Positions 61,258-64,000 of a stretch of 64,000 bases of DNA are shown one piece after another. The DNA comes from an uncultured delta proteobacterium. GTDB taxonomy: Bacteria; Myxococcota_A; Polyangia; Polyangiales; Polyangiaceae. Location of the stretch: the NCBI GenBank assembly GCA_963806225.1, contig CAWDXG010000004.1, positions 3,712,001-3,776,000 on the forward strand, given 5' to 3'. Under the pieces are notes generated by a model that ran no database searches, was not told the origin of the DNA, and saw nothing but the letters and a program-made list of their open reading frames with translations. The first letter of the stretch is position 1. Each line of letters opens with the position of its first letter. The position numbers and the translations under genes were made by a program.

Positions 61258-61843
61258 CGGCTCCCGGACCGGCACGGAGAAGTCCCTGAACGCCGGCCCG
61301 GGCTACGTCCTGTACGGGATCAGCTGGAGCGAGATCGGGGACAAGCCCTGCTGGATCCGCGGATACTTCTGGAGCAGCTCGGTGCCGAAGGACAAGGCAC
61401 TCGTCCAGAAGGAGATCAGCATCTGTCCGAAGAACAACAAGAGCGTCAAGACGGTGATGCTCCAGCCTCCTGGCACCGACCACGGCGTCGGCGTGAGCAC
61501 GATCCAGGTCTGTACCGACAAGAAGAAGGCGTCCAGAGACGAACGGCTGAAGGGGGTCAAGATCTGGGCTCGCAAGGTCGACTACGATAGCGGCAGCGTT
61601 TCGAGCTCCGACGACTTCGAGTGGGAGCAGCGGACGCACTGCAAGAACAACTGGCAGAACAAGGTGGAGTGTCCCAAAGGCACCGTGGCCAATGGCCTCA
61701 CCGTCGAAGTCGGACAGAACGGCAAGGCAGCCAACGCGTTCCGCGGAATCGCACTGCAGTGTGACAAGCCGAGCGCCAAGTCGTCCGGGCACGGGCACGG
61801 CCACCAGCCGGGCCATCACCCCAGGCCAGGACACCGGAAGTAG
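61258..61843 (+). pseudogene. 5'-truncated gene for a Cys-containing, secreted-looking protein
   Basis: Strong GC3 coding signal from about 61258 to the TAG at 61843, six Cys and a His-rich tail. There is no start codon, RBS or signal peptide in the 84 bp next to the divergent PBP start. Confidence 0.5.
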
Positions 61844-61846
61844 GCG

Positions 61847-63760
61847 CTAGAACATCACGCCCGCGCGCACGCCCAGCTCGTGCAGGACGTGCGCGTCGGA
61901 GTGCCCCGCGATGTTGCCGGGCGAGACTGCGCGGTTGTCCGACGTGTCGGACTTCGGCATCGAGTACATGAGCCAGTTCGCGCTCATGCGCACATGCCGC
62001 GTCGCCCAGTAGTTCAGGCCCAGTCCCAGCGAACCCACGTTGAGCTTCCCGTCGGCGCCGCCGCCGGCCGCCGGCTGCCCGCCGCGGCTCGCTCCCTGGT
62101 ACTTCGCGCCGAGCGCCTCCACCCGTAGCAACACCTCCAGCGATTGCGCCGGGAGCAGCGGCTCTTGCTTGGTGAAATCCAGCGTGCGGGGCCGGACGCC
62201 GCCGCCCGGCGCGCCCACCAGGTGCGGCTTGCCCAGGATCGTGTAGCCGACCTGCACATAGCCCGCCGCGCCCTTGAACGTACCGATGCGTTCGGTATTG
62301 GTCGACTGGTAGCCGTCCACCGCCTCCCGCGTCTCGTTCTTCAAGAGCACGACCTCCGACTGCAGCTCGAAGCGCTGGATCGGAACCCACAGCTCGAACG
62401 CGAGCGCTCCCTGCGCATCCGCCGGCAGCACGTGCACGCGGCGCCCCAGCGAATCGGTGTACACGGGCCTCCAGAACGCGAACCCCTGCTGCGTCCGCAG
62501 CGCGGGATAGTCGTAGTTCACGCGGTCTCCCTGCCTGTTGCCGGTGCGGGCGCTGACGCCGATCCGCGCCTGCTCGAGCAGCTTCACATGACCCGCAAAC
62601 GGACTCCAGGTGACGCGCGCCATCAGGTCCGCTCGCCGATCGACGCCGGGGCGATTCCGGCCGTCACCCCCATATAGGCCGACCCAGTACGATACGTGCG
62701 CCACCTGCACGTCGCCCCATACCGTCGCGCCGATATCGCGGCCCTCCGGGTTGCCGAAAGCGCGCGTCGACAGCGGCCGCTCGTGGAACGGCAGCGCGGA
62801 CAGCGGGGTGGCGTTCGCCATAGTGAACGGCGTGCGGTACTGCCCGAGCATCAGGTTCAGCACCGCGCTCTGCCGCAAGTTGATCCAGGCATCGAGCACG
62901 CCCGCGGAGTTGCCGGCCGTCTGCGCGGGCGCGTAGCGCGCGGAAGCGCTATCCGGCGCCTGTCCCGGCGGAGCTGCGGCCAGCTCGTTCGTACCGGCTC
63001 CATTCACGAGAGGCTGTCCATCCGCCGCTAGCGTGAGCTGCCACGAGATGGGCTGGAGCACCTCACCGCCCAGGCCGAGGCGGGCCGCACGCACCAGCAG
63101 CCGGGGGCTCAGTGCGGATCCCGACACGTCGCCCACGCCCGGCCCCGCCCAGGCCTGCCCGTCGAGCAGCAGCAAGGCGCTCGGGTACACCCGGAAGTTG
63201 TCGGTTGCGTCACGCAGGTAGAAGTGGCCGTTCTGGTATCCGGCCAGCGGATGCCCGTCGCGCGCCAGCGCCGGACCGGGAGCTGCCGTCGCCGGAGCCG
63301 GAGCCGTGACCGGCGCAGTGTCGGCCTGCTCCGTAACCGGCGGTGGCCAGACCGCCGCCTGCCCGGCTTCAATCTTTTGGCCGGCCGACCGCCCAACGTC
63401 GACACCGGGTGGGGAAGCGGGCGGCGCCGCCGCAGCGGGCGGTGCGGGCGAGGCCTTCGCGGGGGCCGGCGCTGCGCTCGGCGCAGGCTCCGCCGCGGGC
63501 TTTTCGCCGGGTGGGGAGGCCTGGGGACCGGCGGCGTCCGCAGCCGCAGCGATGCCCGCCTTCTTTGGGTCGGGCTTGGCTCCAGCCGGCTTCTTCTGAT
63601 CGGGCTTGGCCTCGGCCGCCTTCTTCTGGTCCTTGGGCGCGGCCGCCTTCTTCTGGTCGGGCCTGGGCTGGGCCACGGCGGGAGCGGCGACCAGAAGTGC
63701 AGCTAGAGCGGCGCGCAGGAACAGGCGACGACGAGCGGGAGCGGCGGGGGCAAGGATCAT
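61847..63760 (-). CDS. OprO/OprP-like (phosphate-selective porin family) outer-membrane protein
   Basis: Signal peptide, Lys/Pro/Ala linker, VRAARLGLGG, LDAWIN, GQYRTPF, ERPLS, GLNYWATRHVR and terminal Phe. Confidence 0.85.
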   Translation of the reverse strand: MILAPAAPARRRLFLRAALAALLVAAPAVAQPRPDQKKAAAPKDQKKAAEAKPDQKKPAGAKPDPKKAGIAAAADAAGPQASPPGEKPAAEPAPSAAPAPAKASPAPPAAAAPPASPPGVDVGRSAGQKIEAGQAAVWPPPVTEQADTAPVTAPAPATAAPGPALARDGHPLAGYQNGHFYLRDATDNFRVYPSALLLLDGQAWAGPGVGDVSGSALSPRLLVRAARLGLGGEVLQPISWQLTLAADGQPLVNGAGTNELAAAPPGQAPDSASARYAPAQTAGNSAGVLDAWINLRQSAVLNLMLGQYRTPFTMANATPLSALPFHERPLSTRAFGNPEGRDIGATVWGDVQVAHVSYWVGLYGGDGRNRPGVDRRADLMARVTWSPFAGHVKLLEQARIGVSARTGNRQGDRVNYDYPALRTQQGFAFWRPVYTDSLGRRVHVLPADAQGALAFELWVPIQRFELQSEVVLLKNETREAVDGYQSTNTERIGTFKGAAGYVQVGYTILGKPHLVGAPGGGVRPRTLDFTKQEPLLPAQSLEVLLRVEALGAKYQGASRGGQPAAGGGADGKLNVGSLGLGLNYWATRHVRMSANWLMYSMPKSDTSDNRAVSPGNIAGHSDAHVLHELGVRAGVMF

Positions 63761-63842
63761 GGCGCCGGGACGTTGTCTCGCGCCGTACCGCGAAGTCAAC
63801 AGGCATGGGCCGGGCGTGATGCGCGTCGCAAGCCGAGGGTCT

Positions 63843-64000
63843 ATGCTGGCCGGAACGGAGGGCGGAGCGACAGGGCCTCGCCGATCCTGGAGGCTCTCCC
63901 TGGCCTTGGAGAAACAGAACCAATCCGACGCGAGCGCAGCGCCCTTCAGCGCGAACCTCGAAGTGGAAAACACCTCGACGCTGCTGGCGCTGTCCGGCCC
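63843..64000 (+). CDS. 5' fragment of a gene leaving the window, possibly a PhoH-family N-terminus
   Basis: Open frame from ATG 63843 (or TTG ~63906) ending ..NLEVENTSTLLALSG. Too short for a firm call. Confidence 0.3.
   Translation, partial: MLAGTEGGATGPRRSWRLSLALEKQNQSDASAAPFSANLEVENTSTLLALSG

Noticed and set aside
1..64000. tRNA, rRNA, IS, integrase, prophage or defence genes
   Set aside because: No diagnostic motifs were found by eye. tRNAscan-SE, Infernal, ISEScan and DefenseFinder would be needed to exclude them formally.

Overview
This is a very GC-rich, gene-dense chromosomal region. It looks myxobacterial, probably Polyangiales, judging by the Ser/Thr kinase, FHA and PilZ proteins and the many Cys- or Pro-rich lipoproteins; that assignment is inference. 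About 55 CDS are supportable. Housekeeping and envelope genes include sppA, proB, pcnB, coaX, lgt, ftsE-ftsX-envC, an fmt-like gene, an RluA-family gene, a PBP, an OprO/P-like porin and several proteases. I saw no rRNA, tRNA, CRISPR array, transposase or prophage. Many single-base frameshifts, densest at 41.6-48.3 kb and including normally essential genes, suggest long-read indel errors. The most notable observations are: (1) an orphan gene at 43674-44156 whose C-terminus resembles a type III secretion needle subunit, with a small partner gene and no injectisome in the window; (2) a 1.1 kb hierarchical intergenic repeat at 4966-6070, made of four 127-bp hairpin blocks and eighteen ~35-bp GTAG/GCGAAGC units, with a compensatory base-pair change; (3) a four-gene operon at 54078-59748 (three beta-propeller-like lipoproteins plus an outer-membrane barrel) behind a sigma54-type promoter and a palindrome; (4) a dispersed 20-bp intergenic motif; (5) several enzymes missing catalytic residues; (6) SppA fused to a barrel-like N-terminus; (7) a 45-aa basic microprotein missed by the ORF track. 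All family assignments come from motif recognition by eye, not database searches.
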